A DNA stretch of 64,000 nt from an uncultured Cytophagia bacterium (lineage in GTDB: Bacteria; Zhuqueibacterota; Zhuqueibacteria; Oceanimicrobiales; Oceanimicrobiaceae), in contig CAZIKB010000003.1 of NCBI GenBank assembly GCA_964539665.1, positions 60,062-124,061 of the forward strand, written 5' to 3'. A model generated the notes under the pieces. The model saw nothing but the letters and a program-made list of their open reading frames with translations, was not told where the DNA came from and did not search any database. The position numbers and the translations under genes are program-made. Positions 1 through 9,602 of the stretch are shown piece after piece. The stretch's first letter is position 1, and each line of letters begins with the position of its first letter.

Positions 1-439
1 GGCGACATCATTAGAAGCACGCGTGCCTTTTCTTGATCATAGATTCGTTGAATTTACGGCTACTTTACCGAGTAAACTGAAATTAAATGGTACGAACACA
101 AAATTTATTTTAAAAGATGCAATGAAGGAATTGTTACCTCCTGAGATTTTAAAAAGAGGTAAAGAGGGATTTAGCATTCCAATTAAAAATTGGTTAAAGA
201 AAGATCTGAAGAACTTAATGCTGGATGTGCTTGATCCACAGAAAATTAAACGGGAAGGTTTTTTTAATCCAGATTACGTGCAGAGACTGACGCAAGAGCA
301 TTTAACCGGTAAAGAGAATCACAGCCATCGATTATGGGCAATTATGGTATTTGGAATTTGGCAGGATATTTATTTAGGCAGGAAAGAAAAAACCCATGAA
401 ACAACCATTAAAACATCTAATGAATTTGTAGAGATTTAG
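1..439 (+). CDS. Asparagine synthetase (AsnB family) C-terminal fragment; 5' end lies outside the window
   Basis: The ORF is open from the window edge. The C-terminal synthetase region resembles that of the ORF at 6013 (RLIEFSATIPPELKIKG there, compared with RFVEFTATLPSKLKLNG here), and it ends in the same HSHRL...LW tail motif. Confidence 0.7.
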   Translation, partial: ATSLEARVPFLDHRFVEFTATLPSKLKLNGTNTKFILKDAMKELLPPEILKRGKEGFSIPIKNWLKKDLKNLMLDVLDPQKIKREGFFNPDYVQRLTQEHLTGKENHSHRLWAIMVFGIWQDIYLGRKEKTHETTIKTSNEFVEI

Positions 440-504
440 ATTGCTCAATCCTGCTAACAACGGCGTAATAAAATATTGGACTTAAAATATAAAAGGATGC
501 ACCT

Positions 505-1311
505 GTGAATCAAATTTTAGAGGAAATTAAAAAACTTGGCATTGATAATCTTGAACCAAAACTTGAAGAAATTCGGGAATACTGGAATGCCCACATTCAT
601 GACCTGGAATTAGCCAAACATCCTGTAGGCACCATTGGTTTTTTTCAAGACCTGGACGAGTATCGATTTGATAAACTACGCTATTTACCAAAAGTAGTCA
701 ATTTCAACGGGTACAAAGACAGGAAGGTATTAGAGGTCGGTTGCGGAGTAGGTATTGATCTGGTAAGATTCGCCAGAGGAGGCGCCATTGTTACTGGCGT
801 GGATTTAGCCGAGAAATCAATTGAATTGGCAAAGCAAAATTTTCAATTGCACGGCCTTGAAGGTCAGCTTAGGCTGGGAAACGGGGAAAATTTAGATTTC
901 CCGGACAACAGCTTCGACGTGGTTTATGCTCACGGTGTGATTCAGTACACTGCAAATGCTCAAAAAATGGTAAACGAATTACAGCGGGTAGTGAAGCCCG
1001 GCGGTGAAATCATCGTTATGGTTTACAACCGCAAATCCTGGCTTAATTTAATGTCGGTAACTTTAGGCGTGGGATTAGAGCATGAAGATGCTCCTGTCTT
1101 GAAAAAGATCACCATTCGGGAGTTGAGGAATTTGCTGCAAGGATTTGCAAAAGTTACAATTATGCCTGAGAGATTCCCTGTAAAATCGAGATTGCATAAA
1201 GGCGCCAAGGCATTGTTCTTCAATGTTTTCTTTGTACCATTATTTAATTTGATTCCAAGATTTATCACGCGCAATACTGGTTGGCATCTAATGGCATTTG
1301 CTAATAAATAA
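505..1311 (+). CDS. Class I SAM-dependent methyltransferase
   Basis: It has the motif I sequence VLEVGCGVGIDL and the acidic motif II sequence VTGVDLAE. Length is 268 aa with a GTG start. The type is Methyltransf_11/25-like. Confidence 0.7.
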   Translation: MNQILEEIKKLGIDNLEPKLEEIREYWNAHIHDLELAKHPVGTIGFFQDLDEYRFDKLRYLPKVVNFNGYKDRKVLEVGCGVGIDLVRFARGGAIVTGVDLAEKSIELAKQNFQLHGLEGQLRLGNGENLDFPDNSFDVVYAHGVIQYTANAQKMVNELQRVVKPGGEIIVMVYNRKSWLNLMSVTLGVGLEHEDAPVLKKITIRELRNLLQGFAKVTIMPERFPVKSRLHKGAKALFFNVFFVPLFNLIPRFITRNTGWHLMAFANK

Positions 1312-1377
1312 ACAGAGTCATAATTAATTATGATTTTATTTAAATATAAATAAGAGAAGCGGAAAATCGTTTAGTAA

Positions 1378-3054
1378 ATGGAAAGGAATCTATCTCAATT
1401 AGGGGGGAAACAGTATGATGTTCTGATAATTGGTGGCGGTATTTACGGTGTTTATGCTGCATGGGATGCAGCTTCAAGAGGTTTATCCGTTGCACTGATT
1501 GATAAAGCCGATTTCGGCGCAGCCACATCATCCAATAGTTTGAAAATCATTCATGGTGGTCTTCGCTATTTACAGCATGCTGATTTCAAACGTATGCGTG
1601 AATCTATCGCGGAACGACGCATACTGATGCGAATTGCTCCCCATCTTGTCCACCCGCTTCCTTGTATCATGCCTACTTACGGTCATGCCATGAAAGGTAA
1701 AGAGGTTATGGCTGTGGCGCTTTTCATGAATGACCTCGTTGGATTTGATCGGAATGGTCTTGCTGATCCTCAAAAACACCTACCACGCGGTCGGGTCATT
1801 TCAAAAAAAGAATGTTTAAAGATAATTCCAGGAATTGATGAAGAAGGCCTGACAGGTGGAGCCATCTGGTATGATTGCCAGGTGAATAATTCCGAACGTA
1901 TGCTGTTGTCTATTCTTCATTCAGCCGTGAAGGCCGATGCAGTAGTGGCTAATTACGTTGAAATGCTGAGTTTTATGAGGGATAAGGAGCGGGTATCAGG
2001 CGTTGTGGCAAAAGATCACATAACAGGTGAGCAAGTAGAAATCCGGGCGAAACTAGTGATCAATAACAGCGGACCCTGGGTTGAAAATATCCTTAGCCAT
2101 TTGAATGGACACTCGATACAACCTGAGATTAAGATGTCAGCAGCGATGAATTTGGTGTTAAAGAGACAAATTATATCTGAATACGCTGCAGGCATTTGGA
2201 GTAAGGCTACATTTAAAGATACGGATGCGTTAATTAGTAAGGGGTCCCGGCTTTTTTTTATTACTCCCTGGCAAAATTATTCAATAATTGGTACAACCCA
2301 TGTTCATTATGAAGGTGATCCGGGTCAATTCAAAATACGTGAACAGGATATTCAATCGTTTGTCAACGAGGTCAATGAGGCGTATCCAGCCGCCAATATA
2401 AAAAGGGAAGATGTCTCATTTTTTTATGGCGGCCTGCTGCCGGCCGATGCAAACCAGCCTGACACGGGAGATGTAAAACTGTTGAAGAGTTACAGGATTA
2501 TTGACCATGAAATTGAAAGTGGCATTAAAGGCTTGCTTTCGGTAGTCAGTGTGAAATATACCACAGCCAGAGATGTTGCGCAAAAAACCGTAGATTATAT
2601 TTTCAATAAATTAAATATTCAATCTCCTGCGTGTCAAACTTCGAGTGTGCCGCTATTTGGCGGTGAAATTGAGTTGTTTGACGATTTTCTAAAAAAAGAA
2701 AAAGCTAAAGCTATGAAGGGATTAAGCGAAGATATAATTGAGCATTTAATTAAGAATTACGGTTCAGAATATAAAAGAATTTTAAATTATACAGATGAAA
2801 ATTCTGATTGGGCTGAAACAGTAAATGATTCGTCAAATGTTTTAAAAGCGGAAATCATTCATACAGTCCGGGAAGAAATGGCGCTAAAGCTTCGTGATGT
2901 TGTCAGGATACGCACAGAACTTGGCAGTGCAGCTTATCCGGGTCTGGAGACTCTTGAAACCTGTGCAGCTTTAATGGCGCATGAATTAGGTTGGGATGCT
3001 AAAAAAATACAAAGTGAAATTGATGAAGCTAAGGCTATTTATGTGCCAGCATAA
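1378..3054 (+). CDS. FAD-dependent oxidoreductase of the glycerol-3-phosphate dehydrogenase (GlpA/GlpD) family
   Basis: The N-terminus DVLIIGGGIYGVYAAWDAASRGLSVALIDKADFGAATSSNSLKIIHGGLRYLQ is the canonical GlpD/GlpA FAD-binding signature. Length is 558 aa. Confidence 0.7.
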   Translation: MERNLSQLGGKQYDVLIIGGGIYGVYAAWDAASRGLSVALIDKADFGAATSSNSLKIIHGGLRYLQHADFKRMRESIAERRILMRIAPHLVHPLPCIMPTYGHAMKGKEVMAVALFMNDLVGFDRNGLADPQKHLPRGRVISKKECLKIIPGIDEEGLTGGAIWYDCQVNNSERMLLSILHSAVKADAVVANYVEMLSFMRDKERVSGVVAKDHITGEQVEIRAKLVINNSGPWVENILSHLNGHSIQPEIKMSAAMNLVLKRQIISEYAAGIWSKATFKDTDALISKGSRLFFITPWQNYSIIGTTHVHYEGDPGQFKIREQDIQSFVNEVNEAYPAANIKREDVSFFYGGLLPADANQPDTGDVKLLKSYRIIDHEIESGIKGLLSVVSVKYTTARDVAQKTVDYIFNKLNIQSPACQTSSVPLFGGEIELFDDFLKKEKAKAMKGLSEDIIEHLIKNYGSEYKRILNYTDENSDWAETVNDSSNVLKAEIIHTVREEMALKLRDVVRIRTELGSAAYPGLETLETCAALMAHELGWDAKKIQSEIDEAKAIYVPA

Positions 3055-3102
3055 TTAATTTGTGATTTAGTTTTTTAATTTTTGCAGGACCGATAATTAC
3101 TT

Positions 3103-4089
3103 ATGGGCAAAGAAGCGTTTGTAACAGGGGCGAACGGTTTTACGGGTAGTCACCTTTGTAAATTATTAATTGAAAAAGGTTACTCGGTAAATGCAATGGT
3201 AAGAAATTCGAGCAAATGTGTAATTTTAGAAGAAATGGGCGCCAAAATTGTTGTAGCCGATTTGTCCGATTCATTTTCGCTCGATGGGATTTTAAAAGAT
3301 ACAGATGTCGTCTATCACATTGCGGCGGCTTACCGACAGGAAGGTATCTCGAAAGAACTTTTTTGGAAGGTAAATGTTGATGGGACTCGCAAATTACTTG
3401 AACAATCTAAAGCAAGCGGTGTTAAACGTTTTGTGCATTGCAGTACAGTTGGTGTGCAGGGTGAAATAGCCAAACCGCCGGCAAAAGAAACTGATCCGTA
3501 TAAACCAGGCGACCATTATCAGGAATCGAAAATGGAGGGGGAGAAAATAGCTCGGGGCTATTTTGAAAAATATGGTATGGAAGGAGTTATTGTTCGTCCG
3601 GTAGGCATTTATGGTCCTGGAGATACACGATTTTTAAAATTGTTTAAGTATATTAATAATGGTAAATTTAGAATGATTGGCTCGGGAGAAGTCCTTTATC
3701 ATTTGACTTTTGTGGAAGATTTAGTTAATGGTATTTCGCTGGCCGGTGAAAAACCGGCAGCTGTCGGGCATATATACACAATCGGTGGCAATGAATATTT
3801 AACTCTTAAGGAGCTTGTTGTGTTAATTGCCGAGGTTCTTGGAAAACCGGCGTCGAGAAAATATTTGCCCTTAAAACCAGTCTACTGGGCTGCAACTGTG
3901 TGCGAAGCCGTCTGCAGGCCATTAGGAATAGAACCGCCATTATATCGCCGCAGGCTTGATTTTTTTACTAAAGACAGAGCATTTGATATTTCGAAAGCTA
4001 AAAATGAATTGGGCTATCTGCCCAAAATGCCCTTAAAGGACGGCCTGGCAATTACCGCGGAATGGTACAAAAAACATGGCCTGATTTGA
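3103..4089 (+). CDS. NAD-dependent epimerase/dehydratase (SDR family)
   Basis: It has a VTGANGFTGSHL Rossmann motif and a YxxxK (YQESK) catalytic dyad. Length is 328 aa. Confidence 0.75.
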   Translation: MGKEAFVTGANGFTGSHLCKLLIEKGYSVNAMVRNSSKCVILEEMGAKIVVADLSDSFSLDGILKDTDVVYHIAAAYRQEGISKELFWKVNVDGTRKLLEQSKASGVKRFVHCSTVGVQGEIAKPPAKETDPYKPGDHYQESKMEGEKIARGYFEKYGMEGVIVRPVGIYGPGDTRFLKLFKYINNGKFRMIGSGEVLYHLTFVEDLVNGISLAGEKPAAVGHIYTIGGNEYLTLKELVVLIAEVLGKPASRKYLPLKPVYWAATVCEAVCRPLGIEPPLYRRRLDFFTKDRAFDISKAKNELGYLPKMPLKDGLAITAEWYKKHGLI

Positions 4090-4113
4090 AATTAAATAAT
4101 TGAGGAAATTGAA

Positions 4114-5124
4114 GTGAAAACTGCTGCTGTAAAAAATGTAGAACCCAATATAGAGGAAGAAGAGCAATCGCAAAAGAGAGATTCTAAAAGCTGGCTTATG
4201 ATGGCGATTAAAATCGTAATCAGCGCTTCGCTCATAATCTTTCTGGTCAATAAAACCAATCTGACAGAAATTTGGCGATCAATGAAATCCGCCAACATGC
4301 TTCTCATCTGGTTGTCGTTTTTACTGCATGGGATTGGCTATTTCTCCAGTTCCTACCGCTGGCGACTGCTGTTACTCGCTCAGGGATATGATGTGTCTGT
4401 TGGTTATTTGGTTCGATCTTATGCAGTTGCCATGTTTTTCAATAATCTTTTACCTTCCACTATCGGAGGAGATGGCTACCGCGCTTATGATACATCCAAA
4501 TGTAATATACCGAAATTAAAAGCATTGGCTATTGTGATCGTCGAAAGATTTTTAGGATTATTTGCTTTAATGGTATTTGCTATGCTGGCGCTGGCTTTGG
4601 CGACTGAACTTACCACGCAAATTGAAAATCTCTGGATCTGGTCGTTTTTAACTTTTTCAGCTATGCTGGTTGCGGTGTGGTTAATATTCTTTCACAGTGG
4701 AAAAGTACCCTGGCTGCGAAAAATTTTGAATATGCCGGGAATGAGTATTGTAAACAAACTGCTCATGAAAATCACAGACTCATTTGCGCCGTTTCGCAGA
4801 AAAACCAAAGCATTGAGTTGGGGTCTGGTTTTATCTCTTGTTTTACAAATAAATGTCATCTTCCATTATTATCTGATTTCTGAAGCCCTGGGTCTGTCAA
4901 TTCCTTTTGTGAAATTTTTGGTCATCATTCCTTTGTCTATCTTCATTCAAATGGTGCCGGTTTCGATTAACGGAATTGGCCTTCGCGAGTCGTTCTATGT
5001 GTTCTTCTTATCAACAATTTATGGCGCGCCAATCGCGGCCGCTCTGGCTTTTTCCTGGATTGCTTACGGGATGATTCTACTTTTAGGCATCTTTGGTGGA
5101 GTGATTTATGCTTTCAGAAAATAA
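4114..5124 (+). CDS. Flippase-like multi-pass membrane protein (UPF0104 / lysyl-phosphatidylglycerol-synthase TM-region family)
   Basis: The protein is 336 aa with about 8 predicted TM helices. The SYRWRLLL and GGDGYRAYD motifs are typical of UPF0104 proteins that pair with GT2 enzymes. It has a GTG start. Confidence 0.5.
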   Translation: MKTAAVKNVEPNIEEEEQSQKRDSKSWLMMAIKIVISASLIIFLVNKTNLTEIWRSMKSANMLLIWLSFLLHGIGYFSSSYRWRLLLLAQGYDVSVGYLVRSYAVAMFFNNLLPSTIGGDGYRAYDTSKCNIPKLKALAIVIVERFLGLFALMVFAMLALALATELTTQIENLWIWSFLTFSAMLVAVWLIFFHSGKVPWLRKILNMPGMSIVNKLLMKITDSFAPFRRKTKALSWGLVLSLVLQINVIFHYYLISEALGLSIPFVKFLVIIPLSIFIQMVPVSINGIGLRESFYVFFLSTIYGAPIAAALAFSWIAYGMILLLGIFGGVIYAFRK

Positions 5125-5181
5125 AGTACTGCAAGCGTCATCGTTTGCGATTTATTACAAAATCTATTTTAGGAGTTATAA

Positions 5182-5979
5182 ATGAGTGAAAATAACAATC
5201 CGAAAATCATGGATACGCAAAAAGAGCTTTTTGATGAAAAAAAGTCAAAAGCCAAGAAATACCAGGAAATTTTTATAGGGGAGCCGGGATTCTTTAAGAT
5301 GGTCAAATATGAGCTAATCATTACTTTGTTTAGCTGGGTTCCTGGTGCAATGGGGATTTTTTTACGCTCTTTTTTTTATCGTTATATTTTAGGTTCAACG
5401 GGGCGAGGAGTTGCGCTCGGAGCAAATATTGCTATTCGGCACCCAGGTAAAATCCACCTCGGAAATAATGTTGTGATAGATGATAATTGTGTTATGGATG
5501 CGAAAGGCGAAAACAACCAGGGAATCAAAATTGAAAATGGCGTTTTTGTTGGACGCGGAACCATACTGACCTGCCATAATGGAGACATTATTCTTGAGGA
5601 TAATGTGAACATCGGCTTCAATTGTGTTATCTCTTCACTCAGCCGCATCGTTATAAAAAAGAACCACCTGATGGCTGCTTTTTGTTATTTGGTCGGAGGC
5701 GATCACGACAGCGATCGCACCGATATTCCGGTTCTGCACCAGGGTCGGTCATCCAAAGGAATCACCATCGATGAAAACGTCTGGCTGGGAGCTGGTGTGG
5801 CTGTGTTGGATGGCGTCACCATCGGGCGTGATAGCATAATTGGTGCGGGCGCAGTTGTAAACAAGGATGTCCAGGAATATGCTATCGCGGCAGGATTGCC
5901 TGCCAAATTTTTGTGGGACCGTCGGAAGGGCAAAGAACATAATGAAATTTTAAAAGGCGAGGCAGTCGAACAGAAATAA
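5182..5979 (+). CDS. Hexapeptide-repeat (LbH) acyltransferase with an N-terminal membrane segment
   Basis: Repeated [LIV]G-x-x-x-x hexapeptides occur (IGRDSIIGAGAVV, LGAGVAVLDGVTIG). This resembles WcaF/NeuD-like polysaccharide O-acetyltransferases. Confidence 0.6.
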   Translation: MSENNNPKIMDTQKELFDEKKSKAKKYQEIFIGEPGFFKMVKYELIITLFSWVPGAMGIFLRSFFYRYILGSTGRGVALGANIAIRHPGKIHLGNNVVIDDNCVMDAKGENNQGIKIENGVFVGRGTILTCHNGDIILEDNVNIGFNCVISSLSRIVIKKNHLMAAFCYLVGGDHDSDRTDIPVLHQGRSSKGITIDENVWLGAGVAVLDGVTIGRDSIIGAGAVVNKDVQEYAIAAGLPAKFLWDRRKGKEHNEILKGEAVEQK

Positions 5980-6012
5980 ATTTTATATATTCGATTAAAT
6001 ACGGAGAAGTAC

Positions 6013-7893
6013 ATGATTTACGGTATTGTTAACCGCTCAAAAGAGCAGAATGTCAGTCAGGGAGGATTGATAAAACTACGGCCAGAACATTTATCAGGTA
6101 AAGCGGTCAATACTTTTATTAACCAGAATGTAGCCTTGGGAATCAGCGAAATAGGAGTTCCAACCATTGATGAACGGGTAGGAATAGCTTTTAGCTCAGA
6201 TAAGCAGATTGCAGTCGCTGCAACCGGGAATATTTTTAGAAGTAATGAAGACGTGTCTGAGAAGTCAAGCGGGACGAGGTCAACAAAGACAGATGTGGCT
6301 AAATTGATTTTAACCTGCTACCAAAAATCAGCGGATAGTGGTTTTAAAAAATTAAATGGTCAATTTGCTGCTGCTATCTGGGATGCCGCCAAAAACAGAT
6401 TTTTACTTGTGCGGGATCATCTGGGTTTTGAACCGCTGTTTTATTACTGGGATGAGAAAACCCTTGTATTTTGCTCGTCCTTGAAAGCCTTGCTGCAATT
6501 TGAGAAAATTAAAGATCAGCTTAATTACCGGGCTATACGAAACTATCTGCTTTTCAATTATAATCCGGGATTAGATACATTTATTCAGAATGTTAAAAAA
6601 GTGCAACCTGGATTTTGCTTGATTTTAGAAAATGAAAAATTAACTCCAAAAAAGTACTGGTTTTTGTCCTACCAAAATCAAAATGGTCGTCAGCTTGAAG
6701 AGTACACAGAAGAGCTTATTTTTTTAACCAAAGATTCTATTAAAATCCGGGCGAATGAAAGCAGCTCTGATCCTGGTGCGTTTCTTAGTGGTGGCATGGA
6801 TTCGAGTTCCGTGGTCGGTCTGCTAAGTGGATTGGTGGATAGACCCGTTCATACTTTTTCATTCAGGTGCCGTGAAAAATCTGTTGACGAGTCATACTAT
6901 GCCAGGGTTATGGCCGAACATTATAAAACTCAACATCATGAGGTTGAATTCACCGCAGATGAACTCATAAACCTTGAGAAAATGACGGACTGGATGGAAG
7001 AGCCGTTATGTGATATCGGTGTGGAACTGGGCTCGTACATTTTAGGAAAAGCCGCTCAAAAGGATGTGCAATATATTCTCACTGGCGATGGTGGAGATGA
7101 ACTCTATGCCGGGCATCCGGTTTATATGGCTGATAAAATTGCCAGACTGTTCGATATTGTTCCCGGCCCTTTGAGATTCGGTATCACAAAAGCTGCGCAG
7201 ATTCTGCCAGACTCCGATAAAAAGAAAAGTTTGCTGGTAAAAACTCGCCGTTTTGCTTACAGCTACAGTTTCCCAGCGGAACTCTTAAGTAACCGCTGGC
7301 GGATTTATTATAATGACCGTGAGCTTGCTAAACTCTGTACACCTGAACTGGTCTCTGGATTCGGCGATTTGAACTCGTATAAAGATATCACAGATCTTTA
7401 TTCTGATGCAGATGGAAATGATTTTCTCAGCAATTCGCTCTATGGCGATTATCAAACGCTTGTGCATTTTCATGTTGATAGATTGCGACTAACCCGCGCG
7501 TTTGGCATCGAAGCGCGATTCCCTCTGCATGATTACCGTCTTATTGAATTTTCGGCTACTATTCCCCCTGAATTGAAAATTAAGGGTTACTCACAGGTTA
7601 AATATATCCAGAAGAAAGCATTAGAAGGAATTCTACCGGATGAAATTGTGCACCGAAAGGACAAAATGGGGCACAATGTGCCCATGAAAAACTGGATGCG
7701 CGATACAACCCAATTTAGAGATTTGCTAAATGATGTTTTATCTGAATCTGCTGTTAAAAACCGCAACTTTTTTAATCCAAAAATAATTCAGGAAATGTTA
7801 GAAGCCCATTTAAAAAAGAGAAAGGACTACTCCCATCGCCTTTACGCCCTCTTGATATTAGAACTTTGGCTGCAGAAAAATCTTGATAATTAA
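6013..7893 (+). CDS. Asparagine synthetase-family amidotransferase that lacks the N-terminal Cys2 nucleophile
   Basis: The 626 aa protein has an SGGMDSS PP-loop and an AsnB synthetase domain. The first ATG follows an in-frame stop with a GGAG RBS, and translation begins MIYGIV instead of MCGI. Confidence 0.8.
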   Translation: MIYGIVNRSKEQNVSQGGLIKLRPEHLSGKAVNTFINQNVALGISEIGVPTIDERVGIAFSSDKQIAVAATGNIFRSNEDVSEKSSGTRSTKTDVAKLILTCYQKSADSGFKKLNGQFAAAIWDAAKNRFLLVRDHLGFEPLFYYWDEKTLVFCSSLKALLQFEKIKDQLNYRAIRNYLLFNYNPGLDTFIQNVKKVQPGFCLILENEKLTPKKYWFLSYQNQNGRQLEEYTEELIFLTKDSIKIRANESSSDPGAFLSGGMDSSSVVGLLSGLVDRPVHTFSFRCREKSVDESYYARVMAEHYKTQHHEVEFTADELINLEKMTDWMEEPLCDIGVELGSYILGKAAQKDVQYILTGDGGDELYAGHPVYMADKIARLFDIVPGPLRFGITKAAQILPDSDKKKSLLVKTRRFAYSYSFPAELLSNRWRIYYNDRELAKLCTPELVSGFGDLNSYKDITDLYSDADGNDFLSNSLYGDYQTLVHFHVDRLRLTRAFGIEARFPLHDYRLIEFSATIPPELKIKGYSQVKYIQKKALEGILPDEIVHRKDKMGHNVPMKNWMRDTTQFRDLLNDVLSESAVKNRNFFNPKIIQEMLEAHLKKRKDYSHRLYALLILELWLQKNLDN

Positions 7894-7908
7894 ATAATTG
7901 AATAAATT

Positions 7909-8514
7909 ATGCCTTTACCGTTTGGACATTCTTTGATGGGATATACCCTGTACGAAACTATGCCCCACAAAGCAAAGGGATTAAATTGGCGAATGTTAAT
8001 GCTATTCATTGTGATAGCAAATTTGCCGGATATTGATTTTCTCCCGGGATTTCTGGGGGGTAATCCAAACATATATCATCATCATTATTTGAGCCATAGT
8101 ATAGGATTTGCAGTGTTCATTGGTGGTATGTTTGCATGGTTTTTTTCTTTTAAGAAGGGTGGAAATTTTCTGTCGTATTTTCTGATATTTACAAGTGTTT
8201 GTTATTCACATATAATAATGGACCTGGTTACAGCCGACACTGGTGAACCTTTTGGTGTGCCGATGTTTTGGCCTTTAACAAAAACATATTATTATTCTCC
8301 TTTTTCTATATTTATGTCGTTACATAAGATTGGATTAAATAAAGAATTCATTCAAAGTTTGTTTGTATTGCACAACCTCTGGGTAGCGCTTTGGGAGATT
8401 GTAATTTTTATGCCAATTTTGACAATAATAACGGTAGTGAAAATGTGTAGAAAATCTCAAAAAAAAAGAGACCGTGTGGGAAATTTAAAGTCAGATATCG
8501 TCTCAACAACATAG
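7909..8514 (+). CDS. Membrane-bound metal-dependent hydrolase-like protein (YdjM/DUF457-like)
   Basis: The 201 aa protein is hydrophobic and has His-rich segments (HHHYLSHSIGF). Confidence 0.35.
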   Translation: MPLPFGHSLMGYTLYETMPHKAKGLNWRMLMLFIVIANLPDIDFLPGFLGGNPNIYHHHYLSHSIGFAVFIGGMFAWFFSFKKGGNFLSYFLIFTSVCYSHIIMDLVTADTGEPFGVPMFWPLTKTYYYSPFSIFMSLHKIGLNKEFIQSLFVLHNLWVALWEIVIFMPILTIITVVKMCRKSQKKRDRVGNLKSDIVSTT

Positions 8515-8581
8515 GCGAAAAAGTGCAAGGTTTTTTGAAACTTTTGAGTAAGAAAACATAATTCAAATATTAGAACAATAT

Positions 8582-9553
8582 ATGAATCAAATTGAATATT
8601 CGGTTGTAGTTCCTGTTATGGATGAAGAAGACAATGTGAAAATTCTTTATAACGGGATAAAAGAAGTACTGCAAAAAATGGGGAAGTCTTATGAAATAAT
8701 ATTCGTCGATGATGGCAGTACTGACCGGACATTTTCCATTATGAAATCGATTAATAATCAGGATCATGATTTTAAAGTAATTAAATTCAGACGTAATTTT
8801 GGTCAATCTGCTGCGATGGCTGCTGGATTCGATCAGGCAAAGGGTAAGATTGTCATTTCCATGGATGGTGATTTGCAGAATGATCCAAAGGATATTCCGG
8901 CCCTGGTTGAAAAGATTCATGAGGGCTATGACATTGTGGCTGGTTGGCGAAAAAACCGAAAAGATAAATTGTTAATTAGAAAAGTCCCTTCAAAGATTGC
9001 AAATAGAATTATACGATATTTAACCGGCGTCCAGTTGCATGACACTGGCTGCTCCCTGAAAGCATATCGGCTGGAGGTGATAAAGAAAATCAGACTTTAT
9101 GGAGAATTGCATCGATTTATTCCGGCGCTGGCTCGCATTGAAGGCGCCCGAATATCTGAAATGATTGTTTCGCATCACCACCGTAAATTTGGTAAATCGA
9201 AATACAACTTGACCCGCACCTTCAAGGTAGTGATGGATTTAACAACTCTGAATCTTTTCATCAAATATTTAAATAATCCAGTTCATTTTTTTGGCATGCT
9301 GGGTTTTGTGTTTAATTTTATCGGAACATTTGCATTATGTATTTGTGGCTATTTATTTTTAAGGGAAGTTTATGATTTGCCCGGATTAAATGTATTTATT
9401 TCTTTTGCGTTTTTATTGATTGCTTCAGGCTGTCAATTTTTCTTCTACGGCCTGATTGCAAACATGGTCGTAAAAACTGGTGAAGATAATAATAATAAAC
9501 TTATGGAGTACTATTCAAAAGCTAATCTTCGTGAAGGTAATAAACTGACATGA
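8582..9553 (+). CDS. GT2 glycosyltransferase, polyprenyl-phosphate sugar synthase-like (DPM1/GtrB/ArnC type)
   Basis: It has VVVPVMDEE, FVDDGSTD and MDGDLQNDP motifs plus C-terminal TM helices. Length is 323 aa. Confidence 0.75.
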   Translation: MNQIEYSVVVPVMDEEDNVKILYNGIKEVLQKMGKSYEIIFVDDGSTDRTFSIMKSINNQDHDFKVIKFRRNFGQSAAMAAGFDQAKGKIVISMDGDLQNDPKDIPALVEKIHEGYDIVAGWRKNRKDKLLIRKVPSKIANRIIRYLTGVQLHDTGCSLKAYRLEVIKKIRLYGELHRFIPALARIEGARISEMIVSHHHRKFGKSKYNLTRTFKVVMDLTTLNLFIKYLNNPVHFFGMLGFVFNFIGTFALCICGYLFLREVYDLPGLNVFISFAFLLIASGCQFFFYGLIANMVVKTGEDNNNKLMEYYSKANLREGNKLT

Positions 9554-9602
9554 TTTTTAAATGTTTAGTCACAAACTCTTAGCTCAATAGTATCAATTTA
9601 AT

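Noticed and set aside
1023-1274. Minus-strand ORFs throughout the track (for example 1023-1274, 1340-1531, 5382-5648, 13176-13511, 24984-25541, 57707-58054, 61951-62190)
   Set aside because: Every one lies entirely inside a well-supported + strand gene. They have low-complexity or biased composition and no RBS or family signature, so they are shadow ORFs of an AT-rich genome.
4328-4883. Small + strand ORFs (4328-4519, 4677-4883, 23114-23347, 26533-26841, 31811-32020, 36522-36849, 40078-40404, 44555-44743, 48602-49392, 49331-49600)
   Set aside because: They are alternative-frame ORFs nested inside longer family-recognisable genes.
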